Source: Synechococcus sp. (GTDB taxonomy: Bacteria; Cyanobacteriota; Cyanobacteriia; Thermostichales; PCC-7336). From it: a stretch of DNA of 44,360 nt. The position numbers and the translations under genes were made by a program. The notes beneath the pieces are model-generated. The model was not told where the DNA came from. It was given only the letters and a program-made list of their open reading frames with translations, and made no database searches. The stretch is from the NCBI GenBank assembly GCA_051439425.1, contig JBFRWD010000043.1, forward strand, positions 1 through 44,360, read 5' to 3'. Below, in pieces: positions 19,307 to 29,338 of the stretch. Position 1 is the first letter of the stretch, and every line of letters starts with the position of its first letter.

Positions 19307-20863
19307 TTACGGACGGGCATCTCCAACACCAATGCCAGCTTTGCGATCGCGATCGGAGTCCGGTTCCATCCAGGCATAAACAAAATGGCTAATACAGTTC
19401 AGATCTGGCAACTCTGCTTGTAAGACCGACATCTGATCCTCTAGGGCCAAGTGACCGCCAAATTCTTGCCCCCATGTTCCCGCTAAAACTGGGCAGACTC
19501 GCGAGTTGGGGGATTGTTCGACGACTGCTTGGACTTGCTCGGTCACACAAGACCCATCGTCACAGATGGCATAAGACATCGGGTGCCGCTCGAACTGCGG
19601 GGAAAAACGATCCCACGGCTGCATGCGTGCATCAAAGCCACTATCTTCCGAGGCATTCCCTTGTGGGAAGAACACGGTAGATACGGGTAAATCGCGAGCT
19701 TCGACGGGTCGAGCGACTGTATCGGCGAACTCCAACACTCCGCGATAGGCATGGTCGGTGGCAACGGTCCAAAAATACTGGCGATAGCGTTCTAGATCGT
19801 CTGAAGTTAGCGCGTCTAGCCAATCCGGCTGCTCTACATCAAACCATTGTTCCTCAATCGCTAAGACATCATTGGGATTGCCAGCCAAGGTGGTTTGAAT
19901 ATCGTCAGCCGAAACACGTCCACTCTCTAAATACAATTCCATAAGGGCTCGTTCGCGATCGTTCTCAAGCCCCTCCAGCAATGTTTGTCGAGAGGCTGGG
20001 CCATAAATCCATAATTGCTGGGGCTGGGTAATCAGCGTGTCTTGTAAATAAACAGTTGGATAGCGAATGTAGTCAAATAACATGCCATCGGGATCGCGAT
20101 CTAGCAGCGCATCCACAACGGTCACTAAATCCTCTCGGGCAGTGCTGTTATAGGGGTCAGCAAACAGGTGTTCTAATTCGCTAGGATCGCTGTAAAACGC
20201 CCGTCCATCAGATACTTCATCCGCATCCCACTGGGCATTTGCAATGCTAGTGTCTCCCTCTCCATTCAGAGCCAGCGCCTCTTGGCGATCCGATAACTCT
20301 CCGTAGGCCCAGCCAAAATTGAGAGAAAACATCCAGCCGTGTACGTCTAGACCGCGATCTTGCCCCTGGCGAACTGCTTCTGCCCACAGGTCGTATTCGG
20401 CATCAACGTCCCCTGCTTCGACAGCTTCTTTCAAAATGGAGCGCCAGACGGTGGGGTTGTCTGCCACCGGTAACATTACCCGCCCTTCGTAAAACACTTC
20501 GATATAGACCTGGTTGTAGCCTCGATTGACGACGCGATCGAGCACATCCGCCAACACTCCCGGCTGTGCGTCATGCGGATACAGTCGTAACCAGACGGCC
20601 TGTTGCTGAGGCCAGGTTTCGCTGCGACAGTCTTGCAAACGAATGGCATGATCGCGAACCATCTCGCCGTAAGCGATCGCTGCCTCCTCATCTTCAATAC
20701 TGGCTTGACGCAGTTCGCCTTTCCGCAGCCGATCGTTACTGGGGACGGCACAGGTGGGTTGTCCCCAAGAGCGCTCAGGTAATTCAGACGCACTGGATGT
20801 GCAACTTACGACCAATAGCGCCAGTGCAATACCCCCTACCATTTGACTTACGTACGACTTCAT
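19307..20863 (-). CDS. Glycoside hydrolase-like (GHL10-type) putative lipoprotein
   Basis: Lipobox-like LVVSC, AVWLR, GYNQVYIEVFY, VHGWMF and DGMLFDYIRYP. Confidence 0.75.
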   Translation of the reverse strand: MKSYVSQMVGGIALALLVVSCTSSASELPERSWGQPTCAVPSNDRLRKGELRQASIEDEEAAIAYGEMVRDHAIRLQDCRSETWPQQQAVWLRLYPHDAQPGVLADVLDRVVNRGYNQVYIEVFYEGRVMLPVADNPTVWRSILKEAVEAGDVDAEYDLWAEAVRQGQDRGLDVHGWMFSLNFGWAYGELSDRQEALALNGEGDTSIANAQWDADEVSDGRAFYSDPSELEHLFADPYNSTAREDLVTVVDALLDRDPDGMLFDYIRYPTVYLQDTLITQPQQLWIYGPASRQTLLEGLENDRERALMELYLESGRVSADDIQTTLAGNPNDVLAIEEQWFDVEQPDWLDALTSDDLERYRQYFWTVATDHAYRGVLEFADTVARPVEARDLPVSTVFFPQGNASEDSGFDARMQPWDRFSPQFERHPMSYAICDDGSCVTEQVQAVVEQSPNSRVCPVLAGTWGQEFGGHLALEDQMSVLQAELPDLNCISHFVYAWMEPDSDRDRKAGIGVGDARP

Positions 20864-21106
20864 CTCCAGCAAACACAACCGCATTCAGTGCCACCATTCC
20901 GTCAACTAGCCGCCATTAAATCCTCTGATCCGTGCAATCGGTAATGGCAAACGCGCAATTGTTGCATTCCGAAGCAGGTTGTTCAAAGCTAAATTGCAAC
21001 GACAGGCTTTCCTTGCTGGAGTGGGCGCTTAGTTGAAAGCAACAGGCTCAGATCGAACCGAGTGGTTTCGCAGGATACGCACCATCAAGTCCTTCTTACA
21101 CAACAA

Positions 21107-21131
21107 AAGAGCCGATAAAGATCGGCTCTTT
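21107..21131. terminator. Intrinsic terminator downstream of the abrB-like gene (possibly bidirectional)
   Basis: AAAGAGCCGAT-AAAG-ATCGGCTCTTT flanked by A and T runs. Confidence 0.75.
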
Positions 21132-21187
21132 CAATCACATATCAATCGCAGTACCAAATTTAAAATGGCTAGAGATCGATATGACAA

Positions 21188-21577
21188 CTAGTCTTCGTCT
21201 TCGACTTGGCCATCAGTGAGTTGCTTGAGATGAATATGCTTGTAACCCAACTGAATTTCAAATTCATCACCAGGCTGAAGATTCATCTTTTGGGTGTAAG
21301 CAGCACCGATAATAATTTGGCCGTTACGATGAACGCTGACACGATACGTAGGCTCGCGCCCGCGACGATCACGGGACACACCAGGGGAAAGCTCAATCCC
21401 TTTTGCTGCTAAAACAGCATCGTAGAAATCGGTCAGGTTAACGCGCGGCTTATTATCCTTAGCATATGTGATATAGCCACAACGCTTGGCGGTTTCACGC
21501 TTGTTCAAGTGGGAGAGTGATTCCACTTTTTGCAACAAAGCTTTACCGGTCAGGGGAGTTTCTGGAATATCGGACAT
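21188..21577 (-). CDS. Cyanobacterial AbrB-like transcriptional regulator (cyAbrB)
   Basis: PLTGKALL, TAKRCGY, FYDAVLAAKG, RRGREPTYRVSVHRNGQIIIGAAYT and GDEFEIQLGYKHIHL. Confidence 0.95.
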   Translation of the reverse strand: MSDIPETPLTGKALLQKVESLSHLNKRETAKRCGYITYAKDNKPRVNLTDFYDAVLAAKGIELSPGVSRDRRGREPTYRVSVHRNGQIIIGAAYTQKMNLQPGDEFEIQLGYKHIHLKQLTDGQVEDED

Positions 21578-21978
21578 GTCTGTTTGCATTACCTTGCTAT
21601 TTCTACAATAGTCGATCGAAGTTCGGTTTTGGCAAGTTTTTTTGAAGTATTTGGAAATATTCGTTTTGTTTAGATTACTGTGCCCTACAGATTTCAGAAA
21701 GTGGCATCAAAATATTATTGTTTTATGGAAGAGATGATTAAGCAGTAGGAATATTCACCTGCTATCAACCGCACTAGCAATTGGTTGTCGCGATTGGAAA
21801 AGTACATCATCTGCGCTCCTGAGCCTTTCTGGGCAAAGGATTCGACGATTACTGGTATGTGAGGGACACAAATTAATGCTGAAGCATTCAAACTATGGCT
21901 GCGGCGTTCCTCGAATGTTGGGGTAGCTTTTAGCCCCCATCAGATACAATAGTCCAGTTGTTTTACTGGCCATCACCC

Positions 21979-23274
21979 TTGATCGAGCGTTACACCCTCC
22001 CTGAAATGGGGCAGCTTTGGACGGATACCTATAAATTTCAGACCTGGCTGCAGGTGGAAATTGCGGTCTGTGAAGCACAGGCACAGCTTCATTTGATTCC
22101 GGCGGAGGCAGTAGAGGAAATTAAGCAGAAAGCTAATTTTTCCGCTCAACGGGTGTTGGAGATTGAAGCGGAAGTTCAGCATGACATGATTGCGTTCTTA
22201 ACCAACGTAAATGAATACGTTGGCGATGCTGGTCGATACATTCATCTGGGGTTAACCAGCTCTGATGTTCTTGACACCGCACTTTCACTCCAGTTGGTGG
22301 CATCTCTGGACATTTTGCTGGCTCGTCTAGAGGAAGCGATTCAAGCGATTCGCTATCAAGCACAGCAACATCGCTATACCTTAATGGTTGGTCGAACTCA
22401 CGGTATTCATGCAGAACCTATGACGTTCGGATTTAAATTGGCGGGCTGGTTATCCGAATGTCTTCGCCATCGAGATCGCCTTGTTCGTCTGCGCGAATCG
22501 GTTGCTATTGGCAATATTTCTGGGGCCGTAGGAACGTACGCAAATGTGTCCCCAGAAATTGAAGCGTTGACATGTGACCGGTTGGGACTGACCCCCGATC
22601 TTGCTTCCACTCAAGTCATTTCTCGCGATCGCCATGCCGAGTACGTTCAGGCGTTGGCGTTACTCGGGGCGTCCATCGAACGGTTTGCCGTTGAAATCCG
22701 CAATTTGCAACGGACGGATGTATTGGAAGTCGAGGAGTTTTTTGCCAAGGGTCAAAAAGGCTCGTCGGCGATGCCCCATAAGCGCAACCCAATTAAGTCA
22801 GAACAGCTGTCTGGTTTGGCTCGCCTGCTGCGCGGCTATGCAGTGGCCGGTCTGGACAATGTCGCGTTATGGCACGAGCGAGATATCTCTCACAGTTCGG
22901 TGGAGCGCACCATCCTGCCGGATTCATCCATTTTGGCCCACTACATGCTGGTCAAATTCACCAATGTGATTGGTAACTTACAAGTCCATGCGGGCAATAT
23001 GCTGCGCAATCTCAATATTTATGGTGGAGCGATCTTCAGTCAGCAGGTGCTGCTGGCCCTCGTCAAGAAAGGACTGACCCGTGAAGACGCCTATGCAATT
23101 GTGCAGCGAAATGCCCACACTGCCTGGAATCAGCCCGAGGGGAACTTCAAAAACAATCTAATGGCGGACTCTGAAGTTACTCAGCACCTGTCATCGGATG
23201 AGCTGGAGGAATGCTTTAATCCCAAGCGTTGCTTGACTCATTTGGACACCGTTTTTGACCGTTTGGATATTTAA
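21979..23274 (+). CDS. purB: Adenylosuccinate lyase
   Basis: IERY start (TTG), HLGLTSSD, GRTHGIHAEP, GSSAMPHKRNP and HERDISHSSVER. Confidence 0.97.
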   Translation: MIERYTLPEMGQLWTDTYKFQTWLQVEIAVCEAQAQLHLIPAEAVEEIKQKANFSAQRVLEIEAEVQHDMIAFLTNVNEYVGDAGRYIHLGLTSSDVLDTALSLQLVASLDILLARLEEAIQAIRYQAQQHRYTLMVGRTHGIHAEPMTFGFKLAGWLSECLRHRDRLVRLRESVAIGNISGAVGTYANVSPEIEALTCDRLGLTPDLASTQVISRDRHAEYVQALALLGASIERFAVEIRNLQRTDVLEVEEFFAKGQKGSSAMPHKRNPIKSEQLSGLARLLRGYAVAGLDNVALWHERDISHSSVERTILPDSSILAHYMLVKFTNVIGNLQVHAGNMLRNLNIYGGAIFSQQVLLALVKKGLTREDAYAIVQRNAHTAWNQPEGNFKNNLMADSEVTQHLSSDELEECFNPKRCLTHLDTVFDRLDI

Positions 23275-23343
23275 TCGGCGATGGAGACGGTTTTGACCAC
23301 CCACTCTCACAGAAAGCTGCGACTGGCATCCGACCTTCTTTAT

Positions 23344-23433
23344 GTAGCAGAGATTACATTTTGATTCAAATTGCAAATATCCAATCCCTCTGACAAATCG
23401 TTAGAGGGATAATGATTTTGTAGCGTTAGTTAC
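23344..23433. promoter_or_regulatory. Two NtcA-type boxes (GTA-N8-TAC)
   Basis: tGTAGCAGAGATTACa at 23344-23357 and tGTAGCGTTAGTTAC at 23420-23433, with hairpin ATCCCTCT...AGAGGGAT between them. Confidence 0.55.
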
Positions 23434-23437
23434 TGCA

Positions 23438-23533
23438 ATGAAATTAGATTATAACTCCGATACTTCCGGCCCCCTGACTGCTGCGGGCTACGGAATTTTT
23501 ACTATCCTGCTTATTTTGGTCATTCTCCTCTAG
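23438..23533 (+). CDS. Putative 31-aa peptide with hydrophobic C-terminus (or coding overlap of an sRNA)
   Basis: Manual translation gives MKLDYNSDTSGPLTAAGYGIFTILLILVILL*, followed by a terminator. Confidence 0.45.
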   Translation: MKLDYNSDTSGPLTAAGYGIFTILLILVILL

Positions 23534-23577
23534 TTTGCATTTGCGTCTACCGATGCTCTCTACTCTGTGTTACTGCG

Positions 23578-23608
23578 CCGTAGGTGGTCATACACCTACG
23601 GTTTTCTT
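23578..23608 (+). terminator. Rho-independent terminator
   Basis: CCGTAGGTG-GTCATA-CACCTACGG followed by TTTTCTT. Confidence 0.75.
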
Positions 23609-23824
23609 ATGTGGTCTTATGATTCACATTTATAGTCTTTGCCATTTCAGTTAGGACAGAGGTTCCGATCTCCGTCAGGTCTAGGCATAGCTGAAATGTC
23701 CGCAGTGGTATGGTCACTGCTATATCAGCGATAGGCAATCTGCGAAGGAGAGTTCTCCAATCATTTCTCCTTGTAAGATTAAGGCTTTGAGCTGTCTCTC
23801 GTCTCTAGCCCTTACGGAGGGTTT

Positions 23825-24535
23825 CTATAACGATTGACCGAGAAATCGCTCGTATCCCCGCCTAAAGTGTTCTTTTGCATTGCACTCGATGATACTGCCG
23901 TGGGCTACGACAATTCGTTGAAAATCCCAAGCCAAAACGGTCTCCACCGCCGATTTCAGAGGTTGCCGCTCGGTGGTTGCTACCCGTTCGAGAACCGACG
24001 GACTCAAACGGTTAAAGCTACCCAAGATCCGAGCGGCAAATTGTGTTAGTGCTGGAAAGCTGCGATCGAAGTGAAAGGCCGCATCAGTCAGAATTAACGT
24101 TCGACTGGGGGCATGGAAGAAAACATGTTCGTTTAAGCTGTCAATTCCCTTGGGAGTCAACGTTCGAAAACCATCCCAAAACACAGCCTGCAATTCGACC
24201 AGTTGTCGATCGATATCCTCCGAAATAGTGCGATCGATGGGCAGTTCCGGCCGCTTGTCTTTCAGTCCCGGTGCAGCCCAAACTGTGGCGTTTGGATAGG
24301 CTTCCTTACACTGAGACACAAAGAAGTGGTGATAAAGGTTGGGAGCAATGATGTGCGCGACAGCTCCCAAAGAATTGATTTGAGCACAAGACTCAGGATC
24401 GAGCTGAATCGGAGAGATAATCGCCAATTCATCATTCGCAAAATGCAACACCGTCATTCGAGAACGAATGCTTAATCCGAAATAGTTTAGAGGTTGTTCG
24501 GCAACCCAAACATGTTCATCAATTTTTCTGAGCAT
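23825..24535 (-). CDS. DUF4336 family protein (metallo-beta-lactamase-like fold)
   Basis: VWVAEQP, RMTVL, ISPI, IIAPNLYHH, EHVFFHAPSRTLILTD and WDFQRIVVAHG. Confidence 0.85.
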   Translation of the reverse strand: MLRKIDEHVWVAEQPLNYFGLSIRSRMTVLHFANDELAIISPIQLDPESCAQINSLGAVAHIIAPNLYHHFFVSQCKEAYPNATVWAAPGLKDKRPELPIDRTISEDIDRQLVELQAVFWDGFRTLTPKGIDSLNEHVFFHAPSRTLILTDAAFHFDRSFPALTQFAARILGSFNRLSPSVLERVATTERQPLKSAVETVLAWDFQRIVVAHGSIIECNAKEHFRRGYERFLGQSL

Positions 24536-24877
24536 GATGGTTGCACTCTCGTAATAGTTGCGACGGTATGCTTGCGGCCATACAGACAACTTCGACGGTT
24601 AGGCTGGCCTTCACCCCCCCATCGAGAAGAGCGGGCCAACTCCGCTGCCCGAGCAGCACTCAGTACAATTTGCGCCCAAGAAATTTCACTGCAGCTATCT
24701 GCCTTAACTCAAATGATTTGCAGCCCTCAGTGTTTCTAACAACATTCACATATTACGTTGCGTTTCTTCGCCAATGCTGTGTGTTTTTGAAACGATAGGT
24801 TGAAGAAAATCAGCAAACAAACTGGTATCGTCAGGCACTTTTTTAAGCTGAGAGTTAAGTACGCATGGAGTTCACTT

Positions 24878-26182
24878 GTGGGCAATCGCTACATCATTAT
24901 CGGAGCGGGTGTAGCTGGCATCAGCGCAGCCGAGCAAATTCGCCGCCTCAGTCCAGACACCGAAATCCAAGTTATCAATGGCGAAAATCACCCGTTCTAT
25001 CGCCGGCTTTCCCTATCCACATATTTGCAGGGCAGTACCGATCTAGACTCGCTTATTGTTAAACAACCTCAGGAATATGAAACCCTGAATATTGATGTGA
25101 TTCAGGGGCGAGTGGAGCACATCAACTCCCAAGCCAACACGGTTGTGCTCACCAACGGCACCAAACTGTCTTACACCGGTCTCGTCATTGCCACAGGTGG
25201 CCATGCGATCGCCCCTCCCATCGAAGGACTGCATTTAAATGGAGTGCGACTGGGGTATTGGGATATGGAAGATACCCTGTGGTACGAGGAGCAGTTCAAG
25301 ACCGTTAAGCATGCTGTAGTTGTTGGTGCCGGTGTTCTCGGTCTAGAACTTGCTGATTGCTGCAGCCGTAAAGGGCTGAGCGTCACCCTGCTGCAACTGG
25401 GGGATCGCCTGGGTGAGCCTTTGACCGATAAGGATGCTGGAGACATTTTAGGCAAACGCGTTAAAGATACGGGAGTCGATTACCGCCTGCTGACCTCTGC
25501 AACAGAAATCATCGGTGATGAGCATGGCAATGTCGTAGCCGTCCGAGCCAGCAACGGGGAAGAGTTCCCCGCAGAGTTTGTTGGTATTTGCTGCGGTATC
25601 CGTCCCAACGCCGAATTCCTGGAAGGATCGGGAATTTTGATCGAGCGCGGCTGCATAGTGGTCGACGAGTACTTGCGCACCAATATTGACAATATTTATG
25701 CGGCAGGGGACTGCACTTGGGTTCAGGGGGGGATGATGGTAGGCCGCCGCCCCAATCGCACCTGGCAAGTGGCCACCATGCAGGGGATGACGGCGGCGAC
25801 AAACTTATTGGGTGGGCAAACCCTGTACGATGAGGGCTTGTTCTACAACGCTGGAGTTCTATACGACATTCCATACACGTTGTTGGGGGTATTCGATCCG
25901 CCTGAAGGTCAGGGCTACACCAGTCGCACTTATGCGCCAGGGAAGGGAGATTACAACTATTTCAAGCTGACCTTTAAGGATGGCAAGCTGGTGGGTGCGT
26001 TACTAATGGGTCGCCAAAAGCGAACGCAAATCTTGCGCAAGATCATGGAAGGCAAGATGGATGTCTCCGGCCACGAAGAGCAATTGATGGACCCCAAATT
26101 CAAGCCCAAGCATCTGAAAAATGTCTCTACCGCCGGCGATCGCGACGTGGAAGAGAAGTTAGCAACCTACTCAGCCCGATAG
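24878..26182 (+). CDS. FAD/NAD(P)H-dependent oxidoreductase (rubredoxin reductase / NirB N-terminal-like)
   Basis: IIGAGVAG, LVIATG, VVGAGVLGLE and TNIDNIYAAGDC. GTG start preceded by GGAG. Confidence 0.88.
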   Translation: MGNRYIIIGAGVAGISAAEQIRRLSPDTEIQVINGENHPFYRRLSLSTYLQGSTDLDSLIVKQPQEYETLNIDVIQGRVEHINSQANTVVLTNGTKLSYTGLVIATGGHAIAPPIEGLHLNGVRLGYWDMEDTLWYEEQFKTVKHAVVVGAGVLGLELADCCSRKGLSVTLLQLGDRLGEPLTDKDAGDILGKRVKDTGVDYRLLTSATEIIGDEHGNVVAVRASNGEEFPAEFVGICCGIRPNAEFLEGSGILIERGCIVVDEYLRTNIDNIYAAGDCTWVQGGMMVGRRPNRTWQVATMQGMTAATNLLGGQTLYDEGLFYNAGVLYDIPYTLLGVFDPPEGQGYTSRTYAPGKGDYNYFKLTFKDGKLVGALLMGRQKRTQILRKIMEGKMDVSGHEEQLMDPKFKPKHLKNVSTAGDRDVEEKLATYSAR

Positions 26183-26245
26183 CTCATTCCCTCCGTCTTG
26201 AATGGCCTCGTCTGTTGAACGGTCGAGCCAATCTCGTGAACTTAG

Positions 26246-26274
26246 CAGCCGGGATAACCCGGCTGTTTTTTTTT
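26246..26274 (+). terminator. Rho-independent terminator
   Basis: CAGCCGGG-ATAA-CCCGGCTG followed by a T run. Confidence 0.85.
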
Positions 26275-26356
26275 GCAACGGTATCCACAGAAGGAACCGA
26301 CAAGAACCCCTAGCCGATACACCATCGGGTTGAGGTTGTAGTGCAATTGGAAGCAA

Positions 26357-27658
26357 TCAGGATTTGTGGGATGCCGAACTATCTTCTGGATCGATCAATC
26401 GGTAGAGCTTCTGGCGAATTTGGGTTTCAAACACATCCCATTTCTGGCTGGAATATTCAGGATTGTCATTTGACCCTGAGAGGAACCCTAGGGTAATTTC
26501 AAAACCGCCTGCTTGACTGCGCCCTCCCCCAAAGAAACGACCGGTGTCATCTTGGCCAAAGGCTCGTTTGAGGAAATCATCGGGGTCTAAAGTCAGCTTG
26601 TTGGTTCTCAAAGAACCGGTGACTACCTCTTGGCCATCCTCGGAGCGGATAATGCCGTAGACGACCGCCGTGTGCACATCCTCTTCCGAGATTAAAAAAT
26701 CTGCCGCTTGGGGAATGGCATCGCGATCTTCAAACCGCAGATAGCCCACCCCTGAAATAGAGAAATTGTTACGGATGTGACGCTTGCCCAGTGCTTTAGC
26801 AATAATATCCATCACTCGACGCGATCGAGCCGAGCACAGGACAGCAGATAGCAGCTGACCATCTTGAAATCGGCTGATGTAGGCTGCTGCCATCAAATCA
26901 GCTTCTTTGGCTTGGCGAAGCTGGTCGGTTTCAGAGCGCAAGCCGTGCATTAGTGCTGTGGCACATTGAACGTGCCGCCGGTCGTTAGTATCTAACTCCA
27001 ATAAGCCATCCCGCAGGTATTCGGCGAACAGCGTAGCTGTAGCCGCAGCCCCGGTACGGATGTCTTCAAATTCAGCTTGGTAAATATTTTGGAGGGAATG
27101 GTGATCGACCAGAACTGCTAATGGCAGTCCTGCTTCTTTGACTAGCGGAGCAATTTGACTGGTTGTGCCTTGGTGGTCGACAAACACAGCCGCTTGGTAC
27201 TCAAGTAAATCATCGGGCCGAATGGAAGACACATCCATCTTCTGACAAGGCAAATCAGTTAGGCGCACCAGAGCAATATTTTCCTGATGGCTCAGGGTCC
27301 CTGCGTAGACAATCTCCGTAGAGATTGCGAACTGTTCCGCAATTAAGCTGTAAGCCCAGGCGGTCGAGAGGGCATCTGGATCTGGAAAATCTTGCAGAAC
27401 AATGAGCTGGTGGCTGCCTCGATAATCCTCCAGGACATCGCGCAGTTGCTCTACTTTTGACTTAGGAGCAGCTGCTATGGATGGGGCAACATTTTCTTTG
27501 AGGCTGACACCACCATTACCTTTTTGCTTCTGGTTGCCGTTGCCATTACGACCGTTGCCATTACTGGGAACAATCACTGGTGACGCAGAAGAGTCGACGT
27601 TATCGCGGTCATTAGCCATATGTGCAGTCCGGGAACGAGCAGGGGTACGTACCACCAA
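26357..27658 (-). CDS. DHH-family phosphoesterase (NrnA-like)
   Basis: PDPDAL, FVDHQ, VDHH and GGGRSQAGG (DHHA1-like). The start may be at 27619. Confidence 0.9.
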   Translation of the reverse strand: MVVRTPARSRTAHMANDRDNVDSSASPVIVPSNGNGRNGNGNQKQKGNGGVSLKENVAPSIAAAPKSKVEQLRDVLEDYRGSHQLIVLQDFPDPDALSTAWAYSLIAEQFAISTEIVYAGTLSHQENIALVRLTDLPCQKMDVSSIRPDDLLEYQAAVFVDHQGTTSQIAPLVKEAGLPLAVLVDHHSLQNIYQAEFEDIRTGAAATATLFAEYLRDGLLELDTNDRRHVQCATALMHGLRSETDQLRQAKEADLMAAAYISRFQDGQLLSAVLCSARSRRVMDIIAKALGKRHIRNNFSISGVGYLRFEDRDAIPQAADFLISEEDVHTAVVYGIIRSEDGQEVVTGSLRTNKLTLDPDDFLKRAFGQDDTGRFFGGGRSQAGGFEITLGFLSGSNDNPEYSSQKWDVFETQIRQKLYRLIDPEDSSASHKS

Positions 27659-28233
27659 GCAATCGAAGCCTCATCTATGTGAAGTTATTTGAAGTAAAGC
27701 CCCAACCAGAATAACTCCTAGCTTGAAAATTAGATAGGAGTTGATGGTGTTCTCGGGGCCAGCATTCGAAGCTGAACAGGAAAGAACACTCAACATTGAG
27801 TGCTGAAACAATCAGCTGTTCAAAGAAACTATGACAGTTGGGCAAATCGCCAATCGCTTGCGAAATGGAGAAAATGGTCGGTTATTTTCGTCTCGACTCA
27901 ATGGGGGCAAAGCCCACCGTATCGTTAGGACACACCTCACAAGCTTATCGATAGTGCCCAGATCGGGGTGAATTCAGTCGCTAAAGCGAACTGGCAGATA
28001 TCGATAATGCCACCATAATTTTATCGCCTCTTCCATGGGGTTTCATTGCAGCTACATCAATGGTGACATTCAGCTAGTGCGATGTCTCTGAGTCGCGAGA
28101 CAGGCGGGTCAAGGTGCATTCGGCAAGCTAAAGATGCTGCGATGTCGAATTCGTTGCGTGGCAAGTTCCTCTCGAATGTGATGGCTATCCTAATGGCTCT
28201 CGTGGACCAAGTAAGTTGAATCAATCTGAAATT

Positions 28234-29223
28234 TCACAGATTTCTGGCCTGCTGGCCGCAAAGGGTCGCGATCTGAATGCAGGCGGTTTGCAGCGATCGC
28301 GTCGCATCCTGCCCGCGTTTGAGTTGATAGTCCAGATCTAGCAGTCGCTCCATCACTCGATACAGTTGTCTGCTAGACATCGATCTCACGTCCTTTTGCA
28401 AGAAATACACCCGCTTGGGATTGCCCAGTTCGGCCATTTGAGCGATCGCCTTGTTATCCCGCTCTCCCGAATCAAGCGCTACTCGCACCCACAGCCAGGT
28501 GCGAAATTGACCCACCAGAACGGCAACCATCTTGAGGGGGGGCTCGTTGCGGGCTAGGAGACGCATGAGCACCTGCAGCGCTTTTTCCGTATCTCCAGAG
28601 CGCAGGTGGCCGGCCAACTGAAAAGTGTTGTCAGCGGAGGCAGGTACTAGTTCCCTGACGGCCGCGGCTGTCACTTTGCCTGCAGGCACGTACAGCGAGA
28701 GTTTCTCCAGCTCCATCTCCAGTTGGCGGCGATCGTTGCCCACCGCTTCCGCCAGTAATGCAGTGGCTGCACCATTTAGTTCTAATTGCTTATCCCGTGC
28801 AGCTGCTTTGACCGCATCCATCAGGCCGTCCGTGTCCCAGGGCGCAATTTGCTTGAACTCGCGTACTTTGGCAACTTTTTTAAGAAACTTGGTGGATTTC
28901 AATCTCCCGTCCGGTTTCCCAGCGGCTGTCAGCAGCAGGTGAGTCGTGTCTGGCAACGCAGTTAGGGTGCGTTCCAGCTCCTGCATTAAGTCATCGCTAC
29001 ATTGCTGCACGATTTGAGTATTTTCCAGCCACACCAGCCGATCGCCCATACCCAACGGCGGAGTCATCGCCTGATTAAAGCCCGTCTGTGCATCTTCCGC
29101 TCCCGCACCAAGACGATCGAAATTGAATGCGATCCAGGCATCATCCAACACCTTGGTTTGCAGTGCCTGAACTGCTTTTTTGAGGGAATAGCGATCGTCT
29201 CCCCAGTACAGGTAGATGGGCAC
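28234..29223 (-). CDS. holA: DNA polymerase III delta subunit
   Basis: PIYLYWGDD, TPPLGMGDRLV, KPDGRLKSTK, ELEKLSLY and GNPKRVYFL. GTG start with GGAGG upstream. Confidence 0.93.
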   Translation of the reverse strand: MPIYLYWGDDRYSLKKAVQALQTKVLDDAWIAFNFDRLGAGAEDAQTGFNQAMTPPLGMGDRLVWLENTQIVQQCSDDLMQELERTLTALPDTTHLLLTAAGKPDGRLKSTKFLKKVAKVREFKQIAPWDTDGLMDAVKAAARDKQLELNGAATALLAEAVGNDRRQLEMELEKLSLYVPAGKVTAAAVRELVPASADNTFQLAGHLRSGDTEKALQVLMRLLARNEPPLKMVAVLVGQFRTWLWVRVALDSGERDNKAIAQMAELGNPKRVYFLQKDVRSMSSRQLYRVMERLLDLDYQLKRGQDATRSLQTACIQIATLCGQQARNL

Positions 29224-29338
29224 GCTGGCCTCCCAAACCATTTCGGGGTGACTATAGCCTACGGATATGAGAGTGTCAGACGAACAGCCAGATCTCTTAT
29301 GAGTCACTATTGGTTGCGAATTGGCAGAGGAGTAATTG

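Noticed and set aside
27960..28000. GGGGTGAAT resembling part of a c-di-AMP (ydaO) riboswitch
   Set aside because: It is on the strand opposite the flanking genes and the other conserved segments are missing.
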